Below, piece after piece: positions 28,537-39,646 of a stretch of DNA of 64,000 bases. Position 1 is the first letter of the stretch. Every line of letters starts with the position of its first letter. The notes under the pieces are model-generated. The model did not search any database, was not told where the DNA came from, and saw only the letters and a list, made by a program, of their open reading frames with translations. Source of the DNA: Promethearchaeota archaeon (GTDB lineage: Archaea; Asgardarchaeota; Lokiarchaeia; Sigyniarchaeales; SOKP01); contig JAHPZE010000004.1 of the NCBI GenBank assembly GCA_019058365.1, positions 128,001 through 192,000 of the forward strand. Direction: 5' to 3'. The position numbers and the translations under genes were made by a program.

Positions 28537-28746
28537 ATTTATATCACTTAGACTTTCAAATGAGTATTTTTTGGGTTAATGATAATTTATAATATCCATA
28601 TCTTCTTAATATTATTGCTTTAATGAATTGATAATTAAATTTCCATTTAAAAATAATGCTCATAATAGAAATTTAAAAAAATTTTTATATTATTGGGTAA
28701 ATTTCATAATAAATAATATCTATTCAATTATCTTGGGTTTTATATT

Positions 28747-29334
28747 TTGAGTGAAACAGAAAATATTGAAATCACAATCCATGGTAGAGGGGGAATGGGA
28801 GTTGTTACGTGTGCGGAAATTATTGCAGAAGCTGCTTATTTAAGTGGTAATTTTGTTGATGTACACGCATATCCTTCATTTGGAGCTGAAAGAAGAGGTG
28901 CTCCCGTTCAAGCGTATGCTAAACTCTCTAGAACGGGTACTATATGGGATAGAGCTCAAATAGAAAATCCAAATGTTTTAATAATATTCGATGAGACCGT
29001 TTTAAATCAAGAAATTGCTTTTTCTCTTAGACAAGAGGGATTTTTTATTATAAACTCTGAAAAGGACCCTGAATTTTTTGTTAAGTTATTTGACTTAAGT
29101 AGTGATACCAAAATAGTTGCCGCAGATATTAGTAAACTAGCAATAGAGAAAGATCTAACTATTGAGGGAAATCCAGTAATTAATACTCCTATTCTTGGTT
29201 TACTTTCAAAAGCAATACCTGATTTAAATTTAAACAATTTAAAAACAGTTGTTGTTAAACGTATGGGTGAAAAAATAGGTAAACTCAATTATGAATTAAT
29301 TGAACAAGGCTATAATTTAGCTAAAATTTTATAA
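28747..29334 (+). CDS. porG: 2-oxoacid:ferredoxin oxidoreductase gamma subunit
   Basis: HGRGGMGVVT, FGAERRGAPV. Confidence 0.9.
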   Translation: MSETENIEITIHGRGGMGVVTCAEIIAEAAYLSGNFVDVHAYPSFGAERRGAPVQAYAKLSRTGTIWDRAQIENPNVLIIFDETVLNQEIAFSLRQEGFFIINSEKDPEFFVKLFDLSSDTKIVAADISKLAIEKDLTIEGNPVINTPILGLLSKAIPDLNLNNLKTVVVKRMGEKIGKLNYELIEQGYNLAKIL

Positions 29335-29354
29335 TCTTCTTATCCAGAGTGTTT

Positions 29355-31982
29355 TTAGTTCATTGGTAACTTTACAATAAAAGTACTCCCCTTATTTCTA
29401 CCTTTTGATTCTGCTTTAATAGTCCCTCCATGTAAGTCAACAATTTCCTTTGATATAAAAAGTCCAAGCCCTGAACCCTGAATATTGATATATTCTAGCC
29501 CGTTACCATATCTTTCTATTTTTCCAAATCTAGTAAATAGGATATTCATTTCATCTAAAGTCAATCCTACTCCTGTATCAGCTATAGAAATTACAGCCCA
29601 ATTATCAAGTTTCTCCAGTTTAACATTGATTTTTCCTTTAGGAGGTGTATTTTTTACTGCATTTGATAATAAGTTCATAATAACTTGTTCTATTCTAATT
29701 CTGTCAATCTCTAAATACAACTCGTCTAAAAGAACTACATTGAGAGTAAGGTTCCTTTCTTTTGTAAAATGCATCATTTCCCCAGCTGATTCTCTTATCA
29801 GTTTAGATAAATCGCTCTTCTGTTTATCTAATTTGAATTTATCATATTCAATTCTAGACACATCAATTAAATTATCCACTAAATACTTCAACCTCTCTCC
29901 TCCTTTCTCGATTAATTTGATTAATTCCACTTGCTCATTTTCCAATTTTGTGTTGTAAAGACTTGAAAAAAGTTCAGCACCTCCACAAACTGTAGCAAGA
30001 GGAGTCTTTAATTCATGAGCAACTCTAGAAATTAAGTTTTTTCTAATTTGGTCAAGTTCCTTTAATTTGGAAATTTCTTCATTAATTAGAACTTCAGCTT
30101 GCTTTCGCTGTGTTATATCGGTGAATAATGCTTGAACAAAATATTCATTTTCTAATCGAATCAAGGATGCTTGTAAATTTACCCAAATTATGCTCTGATC
30201 TTTTTTTTGCATTTGTAGATCAATTCGATGAACTCTTTCTCCTTTTACGAATCTTTTAAAGAGTTTCATAATAGTTGGTAAATAATTCGGATGTATTACA
30301 GAGATCTTTTGAAATTTCTTTCCCACTAACTCGTCTTTTGAATATCCAAACATTAATTCTGTTGTAGGATTACATTCAATAATTACTCCTTTAGAATTTA
30401 TAACAACAATAGAGAATGGAGTATTTTCATAAAAAAAACGATACTTTCTTTCAGATTCTAAAAATTTCCTTTCTGCTTCTACTTTATCAGTAATATCAAT
30501 AATCGTAATAAAGTCGGCAGATTTTCCTTCATAATTAATAGTTTTTGAAAAAAGTTCTCCATAAATTAATTCTCCTGTCTTTTTAAAACCTCTAAATTGA
30601 TAATGTGTTATAACATCTTTATCCCCTTTCTGCTTTTTACTTGCCTGTTCCGCAACCATTTGTTTATCTTCAGGATGAACCATATCAAGAAATTCTCCAG
30701 GTCCCCAATCTTTCATTTCTTCTGGAGTTCTTCCTCCAATCGCTGCGAATCTTTGATTAACATATTTAAACTTTCCATCTTGTAAAATTCCTATCCCTAT
30801 TAATGATTGTTCAGCAATATTTCTGAATTTTTCTTCAGATTCTTTTAATTCACGTTCTAAAATGAATTTTTCTGTAATATCAATAAAAGTACCATCAATT
30901 CTAATTGGATTTCCCTTCTTATCTCGAATTAAATGAGAGTTTAATTCAACTATAATTTTTCTTCCATCTTTAGTTAATGCTAAACATTCATAATTTTTCG
31001 TCATATCATTTTTTAATATATGTTTTAAATAAACATCCCGTTGTTCTGGATATTGCCAAAAAACTCTAACATTTTTACCTCTCAAATCCTCTGATGGATC
31101 ATAGCCCATAATTATATTATGTGCTTGATTATGATTGAGCATTTGACCATCTATAGTAACTTGATAAAATCCTACATCCAAATTATTAATTAGATTACGA
31201 TATTTTAACTCAGATTCTTTTAATTTTTCTTCAAATACTTTTCCTTCAGTAACATCTTCAGTTTGAACTAAAACTAAATCTGGTCCAACATAACCATAGT
31301 TTACTAAAAGATATTTTTCCTCATTATTAAATTCAAATCGGTATTTCATCTCTCTCAAGATGCGTGTTTTTTCATTAAAACATTTATGTAAGTCATTTAG
31401 AATATCTGGTCTGTCTTTATATTGCTCAGAAGCCTTATGACCTAGCACACTCACAATATTACCATGAGTAAATTTTTCAGCAACTTTATTAAAATCAATG
31501 AACACAAAATCATTATTTATTTTTTTCCATGTATAAGTAGCAATTGGACTTTCTTTATAGAGCGCTCTAAAAAATTCTTCTGAATCTCTTAATCTTAATT
31601 CTGCTTTCTTACGCTCAGTAATATTCTTGCCAAATCCTAATATTGCATAAACTATATTATTTTTTTTTAATGGAATACCATACGTCTCAATATATATGAA
31701 ATTGCCATTTTTTGCTTTTACTTTATATTCCTCGCGTTTTGATTGTTTTCCTGTTTTTGTTATTTCTTTCACGACTCTATATGCTTTTTTTATATCATCT
31801 TCTTCAAGAATATCTAAAAATTTAATATGTGGTATTTCTTCTCTTTCATAACCTAAGGTTAGTAATGTAAGATCATTAGCATCCAGAAAATTTCCAGTTA
31901 AATCATTTACATAAATTAGATCTAAAGAACGATCAAACAAATCCTTATAGGTTCCTCGTATTTCATCCCTATTATACGTCAT
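29355..31982 (-). CDS. Multi-PAS histidine kinase
   Basis: PAS repeats, AHELKTPL, NAVK, GSGLGL. Confidence 0.93.
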   Translation of the reverse strand: MTYNRDEIRGTYKDLFDRSLDLIYVNDLTGNFLDANDLTLLTLGYEREEIPHIKFLDILEEDDIKKAYRVVKEITKTGKQSKREEYKVKAKNGNFIYIETYGIPLKKNNIVYAILGFGKNITERKKAELRLRDSEEFFRALYKESPIATYTWKKINNDFVFIDFNKVAEKFTHGNIVSVLGHKASEQYKDRPDILNDLHKCFNEKTRILREMKYRFEFNNEEKYLLVNYGYVGPDLVLVQTEDVTEGKVFEEKLKESELKYRNLINNLDVGFYQVTIDGQMLNHNQAHNIIMGYDPSEDLRGKNVRVFWQYPEQRDVYLKHILKNDMTKNYECLALTKDGRKIIVELNSHLIRDKKGNPIRIDGTFIDITEKFILERELKESEEKFRNIAEQSLIGIGILQDGKFKYVNQRFAAIGGRTPEEMKDWGPGEFLDMVHPEDKQMVAEQASKKQKGDKDVITHYQFRGFKKTGELIYGELFSKTINYEGKSADFITIIDITDKVEAERKFLESERKYRFFYENTPFSIVVINSKGVIIECNPTTELMFGYSKDELVGKKFQKISVIHPNYLPTIMKLFKRFVKGERVHRIDLQMQKKDQSIIWVNLQASLIRLENEYFVQALFTDITQRKQAEVLINEEISKLKELDQIRKNLISRVAHELKTPLATVCGGAELFSSLYNTKLENEQVELIKLIEKGGERLKYLVDNLIDVSRIEYDKFKLDKQKSDLSKLIRESAGEMMHFTKERNLTLNVVLLDELYLEIDRIRIEQVIMNLLSNAVKNTPPKGKINVKLEKLDNWAVISIADTGVGLTLDEMNILFTRFGKIERYGNGLEYINIQGSGLGLFISKEIVDLHGGTIKAESKGRNKGSTFIVKLPMN

Positions 31983-32012
31983 TTAATAATCTCCTTTTAA
32001 ATATATTTATTT

Positions 32013-35000
32013 TCATATTTTTATTGGCAATTTTATTGTAAATGTACTACCTTTATCCCTCCCAGCAGATTTTGCCCAAATCTGGCCTTCGTGAAGATCT
32101 ATTATTTCTTTTGATATATATAATCCAAGTCCAGTTCCTTGAATATCAATATGTTCTAAACCATTTCCGTATCTCTCTATCTTACCAAATCTAGTAAATA
32201 ATTTATTTATTTCTTCTTTAGTTAGACCAATTCCATTATCGCTTATTAGTAATTCTGCATAATCATTTTTTTTTAGAGCTTTTACAATAATTTTTCCATT
32301 AGGAGGCGTATTTTTTATTGCATTTGATAAAAGATTTAGTATTACTTGTTCAATTCTTATTTTATCAAATTCTAAAAATAAATCATCCATAAGGTCAAGT
32401 TCCAAATTTAATTCTCGTTTTTTTATGAGATACATTAACTCTTTGGTACAATCTCTTATTATTTGACTGAAGTTATTTGTATCCTTCTTTAATTCTAATT
32501 TTTTGTATTCTATTCTTGTAATATCAACCAAATTATCAACTAAATATTTTAATCTTTTACCTCCTTTTTCGATCATTTCAAGAAGTTCTTTTGTATCACC
32601 TTTAAATTCTTCTACACATAAATCTAAAAGAAGTTCAGAGGCACCACAAACAGATACTAGGGGAGTTTTAAGTTCATGCGAAATTCTTGATATTAAATCC
32701 GTCCTAATCTGATCTAACTCTTTTAATTTTACAAATTCTTCTTCGATAAGAAGATCTGCCTTTCGTTGCTCAGTAATATCATTTATAATTGTTTGCAGTA
32801 AGATATCATCGCCTAATTTTACTAAAGTAGATTGATATCTAATCCAAATTGATTGTCCATCCTTCTTATATAACTCCATCTCCAATGACGATAAAATCTC
32901 ACCTTTTAAGACTTTTTGGAATCGTTTAAGTAATATTGGTACATATTTCGTATTAATTGCGGGAAGATTTTTAAATTCAATGCCAATTAATTCATCCCTC
33001 CTATAATCAATTAACTTCTCAAGGGCGGGATTACAATAAATAAGTGTTCCTTGCTGGTCAATTAGAACAATTGAAAATGGTACAGATTCAATTAAATTCC
33101 GATATCTTTCTTCAGATTCTTTTAACTTTTGCTCCGCAATTTTTCTATTTGTAATATCATTAATGAATGCAAATGAGCCCTTGAATTCTCCATTTTCATT
33201 CAAAATTGGAGCAGCATTTATACTTGTGCTTAATAGAGTTCCATCTTTTTTTATAAAATCAAGTTCATAGGTATCTTTAAAACCCTTCTCCCGTCGTTCT
33301 CGATAACTAGTTATTAAATCGATCATTGAGTCTTCTAAAAAAAAAAATAAATTTTTACCCATTATCTCGTCTCGAGTATATCCAAGCATTTCACATATTT
33401 TTGGATTAACGAAGATTGTATCATCATTTTCATCCACTGCCCACACACCTTCTTGAGCATTCTCTACTAAGTTCCTGTACTCTTCTTCAGATTCTTTCAA
33501 TTTCTGCTGGGCTTCTTTTTGTGCTGAAATATCCATTAATATAATTTGTATAAAAGGTTTTTTTCCAATTATTATTCTTGAGGTTGTAGCATAACACCAT
33601 ATTATTCCACCTATTGTTTGATGGATTGGAAATTCAAAATTTATTGTTTTTCCATTCTTAATAATTTCAGTAAATATATTGTTAAATAAAGCAATTAGAG
33701 GTTTATCTTTCTCATGATAAGACCAAAATTCTCTATAATTTTTTCTAATATAATCTTCCAATGTGTGGGTTGAAAGTAAATTACTTGTAGCACTATTGCA
33801 ATCAATTAAATTGCCTTCTAAATCAAATAGTCCAATGGGGTAAGGAGTTTTATTAAATAATTGATAGTATTTTTGTTCTGATTCCTTTAACATTTTTTCT
33901 GTCAAAATACGAACTGTAATATCACGAACAATACCTTGTATTAAATGTTTCCCACCCACATCAATTAAACTTGATGATACTTCGGCTAGGAATATTTTCC
34001 CATTTTTCTTTTTAAAACTAATTTCAAATCTTATAATTCCTTTTTTTGAAATTTCTTTAAAAGCTCTTTTTGATTTTTCGAGTTCACCTATTGGGTGAAG
34101 ATCGGAAATTTTTAATTTTAATATCTCTGATCTTGTATACCCAAATTGTTCTAAAGCTCTATGATTAACATCTATAATATTCCCCTCTAAATCATGAAGA
34201 AAAATTGCATCATTTGAATAATGGAAGAGAGCACTATATTTTTCTTCAGATTCCATTAATTTTGTTTCCTCTTTTTTACGTTTTGTTATATCTCTTGCTA
34301 TAATTAGAAATTTTGAATTTCTATCTTTGTCTTTATAAATTGATCCATTATTTCCTGTCCAAATATAATACCCCTCTTTATGTCTAATTCTCACCTCTGC
34401 AAAAGCTTCACCCTTTTCTGTAGCCTCTTTAAATGTCTGAAATACTTTCTCACGATCATCTGGATGAATAAAATTAATAGCATTTTTCCCTATTAGTTCT
34501 TCCTTTTTATATCCAATTATTTTATTATGCACTTTTTCGTTAACATATTCAAAATTCATATTCATATTAATGATCGAAATTAAATCCATAGCATTTTCAG
34601 ATATGAAACGATACTTTTCTTCAGATTCTCTTAATTCCTGAGTCCTTAGATTCACTAGCTTTCCTAATTCGTATCTAAATTTTTCTTCCTCTTCTTTTCT
34701 CTTAGTGACGTCACGAAATATCCCATAAAATCCGACCTTATTTCCTTTAGAATCAAATTTTAAATATACAGAAGTTTCACCAATAATTTTTTCTCCAGTT
34801 TTATTCCTAAATTGATATTCAAAATCAGTTAAAGGTTCACCCGTTTTATAAACTGTATTAAAACCTTCAAACACATTTTTTCTATTTGCTTCATCCACAA
34901 TAAATTTATAATTTAAACCAAATAATTCTTCTTTCGAATATCCAGTAATTTTGCATAATGATTCGTTAAAGTACGTAAAATTACCTTTCAAATCAACTTC

Positions 35001-35060
35001 AAAGTAGCATTCTTTAATGCTCTCAATTACTTGTACAAATTTATCTTTAGAAAACTCCAC
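32013..35060 (-). CDS. Multi-PAS histidine kinase
   Basis: PAS repeats, SHELKTPL, NAIK, GTGLGL. Confidence 0.93.
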   Translation of the reverse strand: MEFSKDKFVQVIESIKECYFEVDLKGNFTYFNESLCKITGYSKEELFGLNYKFIVDEANRKNVFEGFNTVYKTGEPLTDFEYQFRNKTGEKIIGETSVYLKFDSKGNKVGFYGIFRDVTKRKEEEEKFRYELGKLVNLRTQELRESEEKYRFISENAMDLISIINMNMNFEYVNEKVHNKIIGYKKEELIGKNAINFIHPDDREKVFQTFKEATEKGEAFAEVRIRHKEGYYIWTGNNGSIYKDKDRNSKFLIIARDITKRKKEETKLMESEEKYSALFHYSNDAIFLHDLEGNIIDVNHRALEQFGYTRSEILKLKISDLHPIGELEKSKRAFKEISKKGIIRFEISFKKKNGKIFLAEVSSSLIDVGGKHLIQGIVRDITVRILTEKMLKESEQKYYQLFNKTPYPIGLFDLEGNLIDCNSATSNLLSTHTLEDYIRKNYREFWSYHEKDKPLIALFNNIFTEIIKNGKTINFEFPIHQTIGGIIWCYATTSRIIIGKKPFIQIILMDISAQKEAQQKLKESEEEYRNLVENAQEGVWAVDENDDTIFVNPKICEMLGYTRDEIMGKNLFFFLEDSMIDLITSYRERREKGFKDTYELDFIKKDGTLLSTSINAAPILNENGEFKGSFAFINDITNRKIAEQKLKESEERYRNLIESVPFSIVLIDQQGTLIYCNPALEKLIDYRRDELIGIEFKNLPAINTKYVPILLKRFQKVLKGEILSSLEMELYKKDGQSIWIRYQSTLVKLGDDILLQTIINDITEQRKADLLIEEEFVKLKELDQIRTDLISRISHELKTPLVSVCGASELLLDLCVEEFKGDTKELLEMIEKGGKRLKYLVDNLVDITRIEYKKLELKKDTNNFSQIIRDCTKELMYLIKKRELNLELDLMDDLFLEFDKIRIEQVILNLLSNAIKNTPPNGKIIVKALKKNDYAELLISDNGIGLTKEEINKLFTRFGKIERYGNGLEHIDIQGTGLGLYISKEIIDLHEGQIWAKSAGRDKGSTFTIKLPIKI

Positions 35061-35369
35061 TTTTGGCTTAACCGGCTATTTTGTTATTATTCCTAAAAAA
35101 CATTAATCTTCAGAAGATATGCTAAAAAGCTTAAAGAGTATTTATTTTTTTTATAAGATTAATGAAATATTAAGTATTTATTTTTTATTTAAAAGTAAAT
35201 ATTATCTTTTATTTAGTATTCCTTACTTGTGTTAATAATTTTAATGTCATTTTTAACGAGCTAAGTGGTATTTGCCTTATAGTTTTATATTTATAAATGA
35301 AAAGAATTAAAAACTTATCTGCGTTTGATTTCATACAGAATCTAACTTATAACTGTTTTTGATGTATAA

Positions 35370-35669
35370 ATGACAGACTCAAAAAAAGATTATCAAAAAA
35401 TATTAAGCTCAGTTCAAAAACCAGTAATTGGGGAAGCTGGTGAAACTGGAACTTGGAGTCCAAAAAAACCTATAATCGATTTAAATAAATGCATTCCAGT
35501 TAAATCTGGAAAACCTAGCTGCTTTAATTGTTGGCTCTATTGCCCAGAGGCTGTTGTAACGAGAACAATTCCCCCTCGAATTGATTTAGTATATTGTAAG
35601 GGATGTGGAATTTGTATGGAAGAATGTCCAGTAAAAGCTATAACAATGGAGGAGGCGAAAACTGAATGA
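35370..35669 (+). CDS. porD: 2-oxoacid:ferredoxin oxidoreductase delta subunit
   Basis: TGTW, CFNCWLYCPE, YCKGCGICMEECP. Confidence 0.9.
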   Translation: MTDSKKDYQKILSSVQKPVIGEAGETGTWSPKKPIIDLNKCIPVKSGKPSCFNCWLYCPEAVVTRTIPPRIDLVYCKGCGICMEECPVKAITMEEAKTE

Positions 35670-36958
35670 CAGTGATTAACGAAAAAAAGAATATTATTGA
35701 TGAGAATATAATACTTTTAACCGGAAATCATGCAGCTGCCCATGCCTTTAGACAAGCTAAAGTTGGGGTTATTTCTGCTTATCCAATTACACCTCAAAGC
35801 CCTGTGGTTGAAAAAATTGCTGAATTTATACATGAAGGAAAATTAAAAGCTAATTTTGTAAAAGTAGAATCTGAACATTCCGCGTTAGCAGTATGTTGTG
35901 CTGCTTCAGCTACAGGCTCGAGAGTTGGGACAGCAACATCTGCTCATGGTTTAGAATTAATGTATGAAATGTTACCTTGGGCAGCAGGAAATAGACTACC
36001 TATCATAATTAATCTCGCAACAAGATCGCTTGGAGCACCATGGTCAGTCTGGACTGACCATTCTGATTTTATAACAATTAGAGATGTTGGGTGGATTCAA
36101 TTTATGTGTGAAAATAATCAAGAAATCTATGATACAAATCTTCAAGCATTTAAAATTGCTGAAGATCCTCGTGTATTTCTACCCGCAATAGTTGCTTATG
36201 ATGGTTATATACTAAGCCATACAATGATGCCTGTTAAATTAGAAAATCAACAAATGATTGATGAATTTTTACCACCTCTTAAACATCATATTAATTTATC
36301 TAACATATCACAAGTAAAAGGAATTGATCCAGTAACCACACCTCACATTATTAAACGAGCAGAAGGAACAGTTCCCGGTTATTATGAATATAGATATGCC
36401 CTTCAAAAATCATTAGAGAATTCAATTGATATCATTAAAGAGGTTCATGATGAATTTGCTAGAAAATTTGGGAGATCTTATGGAAACGGGATATATAAAA
36501 CAGTTCAAACTCAAGATGCTGATACAATCATTTTTGCTATGGGATCAGTTGCATCTCAAGCTCGAGTTGCTATAAAAAAACTAAGAGCAGAAGGATTAAA
36601 GATTGGAATAGTAAGTCTTAGACTATTTAGACCATATCCATGGGAGGAATTGAGAGAGTTTTTCAAAGATAAAGAAAACATCATAGTATTTGATAGAGAT
36701 ATTGGATATGGATATGAGGGAGTCTTATCTTATGAATTAAAATCTGCGCTTTACAGTATTAAAAATCCTCCAAGAATCAAGGGATTCATTGTTGGTTTAG
36801 GTGGTAGAGATGTAAAAACAGAGCATATAATTAATGGTGTTCATAAAGCTTTGGATGAATTCAAAAAAGGGATTTTTACTAATAAAACTGATTTTTTAGG
36901 ATTAAACTTAGAGGAATTAAGAGACTATGACGAATCAACATATTTTAGAGGAGGATGA
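35666..36958 (+). CDS. porA: 2-oxoacid:ferredoxin oxidoreductase alpha subunit
   Basis: AYPITPQS, VESEHSA, GLGGRD. Confidence 0.92.
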   Translation: MTVINEKKNIIDENIILLTGNHAAAHAFRQAKVGVISAYPITPQSPVVEKIAEFIHEGKLKANFVKVESEHSALAVCCAASATGSRVGTATSAHGLELMYEMLPWAAGNRLPIIINLATRSLGAPWSVWTDHSDFITIRDVGWIQFMCENNQEIYDTNLQAFKIAEDPRVFLPAIVAYDGYILSHTMMPVKLENQQMIDEFLPPLKHHINLSNISQVKGIDPVTTPHIIKRAEGTVPGYYEYRYALQKSLENSIDIIKEVHDEFARKFGRSYGNGIYKTVQTQDADTIIFAMGSVASQARVAIKKLRAEGLKIGIVSLRLFRPYPWEELREFFKDKENIIVFDRDIGYGYEGVLSYELKSALYSIKNPPRIKGFIVGLGGRDVKTEHIINGVHKALDEFKKGIFTNKTDFLGLNLEELRDYDESTYFRGG

Positions 36959-36964
36959 GATCAT

Positions 36965-37864
36965 ATGGTGAGTGTTATGGATCTTCCCGAAGAAGAATTT
37001 ATTTTTCCAGGCACTCGTGCTTGTGCGGGTTGCGGGATGGCGTTGATCTATAGAATTGCACTTAAAGCTTTAGGACCTAAAACAATTATAACTGTTCCTG
37101 CATCTTGTTTAACAGTATTACATGGGATGCAAGGATTTTGCTCTACGAAAATTTCTGTTTATCACACACCGTTTGCGACAACAGGAGCTTCAGCATCTGG
37201 AATATTAGCATCATTAGAAGATAAAGGTTTAGCAGATGAAATTACGGTTCTTGCTTTTGCAGGAGATGGAGGTACAACTGATATAGGCATACAAGCTCTA
37301 AGTGGTGCAGCAGAAAGAGAAACTAATTTTATTTATGCATGTTATGATAATGAAGCGTATATGAATACAGGTGTTCAAAGAAGTGGGTCAACTCCACTAG
37401 GAGTTCAAACGACAACGACTCCTGAAGGAAAATTAGGTCATAAAAAAAATATGCCGAAAATATTAGAAGCCCATGGAATTCCCTATGTAGCTACAGGTAA
37501 TGCCGCATACCCACTTGATTTATTTGAGAAATTTAAAAAGGCTAAAGATATAAAGGGATCAAAATATATTCATATTCTATCACCTTGTCCTCCCGGTTGG
37601 GGATATGAACCAAAAGATACTATTTTAATTGGAAGATTAGCAAATGAAACGGGATTTTGGCCTCTCTATGAAGTTGTTAATGGACTATTTGAATTATCAA
37701 AATCAAGTAAAAGATATTTGGACTCATCAAAGCGGAAACCAATATCGGAATATTTGAAAGTTCAAAAAAGATTTAAATCTATTGATGAAAAGACAGTAAA
37801 AATATATGAAACTTATATCTCTAATATGTGGAAAGAAATACAAAAAAGACTTAAAACCACTTAA
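36965..37864 (+). CDS. porB: 2-oxoacid:ferredoxin oxidoreductase beta subunit
   Basis: ACAGCG, GDGGT..DNEAYMNTG TPP motif, SPCPPGW. Confidence 0.92.
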   Translation: MVSVMDLPEEEFIFPGTRACAGCGMALIYRIALKALGPKTIITVPASCLTVLHGMQGFCSTKISVYHTPFATTGASASGILASLEDKGLADEITVLAFAGDGGTTDIGIQALSGAAERETNFIYACYDNEAYMNTGVQRSGSTPLGVQTTTTPEGKLGHKKNMPKILEAHGIPYVATGNAAYPLDLFEKFKKAKDIKGSKYIHILSPCPPGWGYEPKDTILIGRLANETGFWPLYEVVNGLFELSKSSKRYLDSSKRKPISEYLKVQKRFKSIDEKTVKIYETYISNMWKEIQKRLKTT

Positions 37865-37971
37865 AACTAAAAAGAATTTTCAATCCTAAATCTATATTTT
37901 TCTGAGTTTTTGTATAAGCTATTTTTAGAAAAAAATAAAAACTTATTTTAGATAAGATAATAAGATAAATA

Positions 37972-38754
37972 ATGCTGAGAACATTCATATATGATGACTC
38001 TAAATCTCAATGGATTGAAGAAGAAAATCGTTTCTTATCATATGATATCTTTGCAATTTTGGATGAAGAAAAAGAAATCATCTATCTTTGGAGTGGTCCA
38101 AAAAGTAATAAAGCTAAATTTCGGAAAGGATATAGTCAAATTAAAGAATTCATATATAACTTCCCCGCTTTAAAAATCCAGATTGTTATGGCACAAAAGA
38201 ATTTTCCCGATGAGATACAAAATAAGCTTGGAGCGTTATTAGAATCTATAAAATTGGGAAAGGATAGAATTTTGAGATTTAGCAGATTTACAACAATACG
38301 TATATACAGCATTTCAATAATTGCTATCATAATTTTGCCTATTTTATCTTTTTTAAATTTAATTACATCTTTATTTTGGACAGTATATAATGAAAACTAT
38401 CAAGTAACTAATACAATATACAATATTTGGATTAATAATTCGAAAATTTTAACAATTATTTCACTCATTTTCTTTTCTATTAATATAGTATTAGGAGTAG
38501 TTGAAAATGAAAGTCAAGTTATTATATTTTCTTTAATCGGTGTAATTATTTCTGTTGGATTAATATTATATTTAAACCAAGGGATTTTTTTATTTTTATT
38601 TCAAGCAGGATCAACCTTAACTAATTATTTAATCTCACAAAAAGATCTTATCATCTTCTTACTGTTAAATTTAAGTGCAATACTGATTTTTGAAATTCCA
38701 AATATATATAAACTAATATCTTTTTTCAAAACCTATAGAAAATTCATTTTTTAG
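37972..38754 (+). CDS. Gelsolin-like domain fused to a multi-TM C-terminus
   Basis: LSYDIFAILDEEKEIIYLWSGPKS matches the gelsolin repeat consensus; about four hydrophobic helices follow. Confidence 0.6.
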   Translation: MLRTFIYDDSKSQWIEEENRFLSYDIFAILDEEKEIIYLWSGPKSNKAKFRKGYSQIKEFIYNFPALKIQIVMAQKNFPDEIQNKLGALLESIKLGKDRILRFSRFTTIRIYSISIIAIIILPILSFLNLITSLFWTVYNENYQVTNTIYNIWINNSKILTIISLIFFSINIVLGVVENESQVIIFSLIGVIISVGLILYLNQGIFLFLFQAGSTLTNYLISQKDLIIFLLLNLSAILIFEIPNIYKLISFFKTYRKFIF

Positions 38755-38765
38755 CTGAAAAAAGT

Positions 38766-39644
38766 GTGGAAGTAGCAAAGCTTCTTACTAAAATAGATAA
38801 GGAAGATCTCAGAATACTTATGGCAATTGAAATTGGAATGAAGAGATCAGAATTTGTAACAGTAAATAATATTAAATTTTATTCAAGATATAAGATGGAA
38901 GAGACTCTCTTTCGGCTGAAAAAGGTTCATAAACTTGGTTTAATAATTAGAGATTCCTCCAAGCATGAAATTGCTTACACACTTAATTCTAAGGCATATG
39001 ATTTACTTGCTTTACATGCCTTAGTTGAAAAAAATATAATTAGTCAATTAGGGCCTCTAATAGGTAAAGGCAAAGAATCAGATGTATATGGTTGTATGGA
39101 TGATAATGGAAATGTTTATGCTGCTAAATTTTATCGTATGGGGAGAACAAGCTTTAAAAATATCAAACAATTAAGAGACATTATTGGAGAAAGAGGACAC
39201 CTCTCTTGGCTTTATGTAAATAGACTTGCTGCCAAAAGAGAGTATGAAGCTCTTGAAAAAATATATGAACTCAAATTGAGTACTCCAAAACCAATAGGAT
39301 ATAACAGACATATAATCATTATGTCATATTTGAGAGGAAAAGAATTAATTTACATAAAAAATATTAAAAATCCTTTGAAAATTTTCAAAAGAATTATAAA
39401 GCAACTTAAAATAATCTATAAAAAAGGAAAAATGATACATGGAGATTTAGGGGAATTTAATATTGTTGTAGATGAAAAAGGAACCATTCTAATAATTGAT
39501 TGGTTGCAGTGGGTATCAACAGACCATCCTAATGCTAATTTACTTTTAGAAAGAGATATTGAAAACGTCTGTAACTATTTTCAAAAAAAATTTAATATTG
39601 AAAGTAATATAGACGAAATAATTAGTTCTTTTTATAAAAACTGA
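38766..39644 (+). CDS. rio2: RIO2-type Ser/Thr kinase
   Basis: N-terminal wHTH, GKGKESDVY, GRTSF, HGDLGEFN, IIDW. Confidence 0.9.
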   Translation: MEVAKLLTKIDKEDLRILMAIEIGMKRSEFVTVNNIKFYSRYKMEETLFRLKKVHKLGLIIRDSSKHEIAYTLNSKAYDLLALHALVEKNIISQLGPLIGKGKESDVYGCMDDNGNVYAAKFYRMGRTSFKNIKQLRDIIGERGHLSWLYVNRLAAKREYEALEKIYELKLSTPKPIGYNRHIIIMSYLRGKELIYIKNIKNPLKIFKRIIKQLKIIYKKGKMIHGDLGEFNIVVDEKGTILIIDWLQWVSTDHPNANLLLERDIENVCNYFQKKFNIESNIDEIISSFYKN

Positions 39645-39646
39645 AT

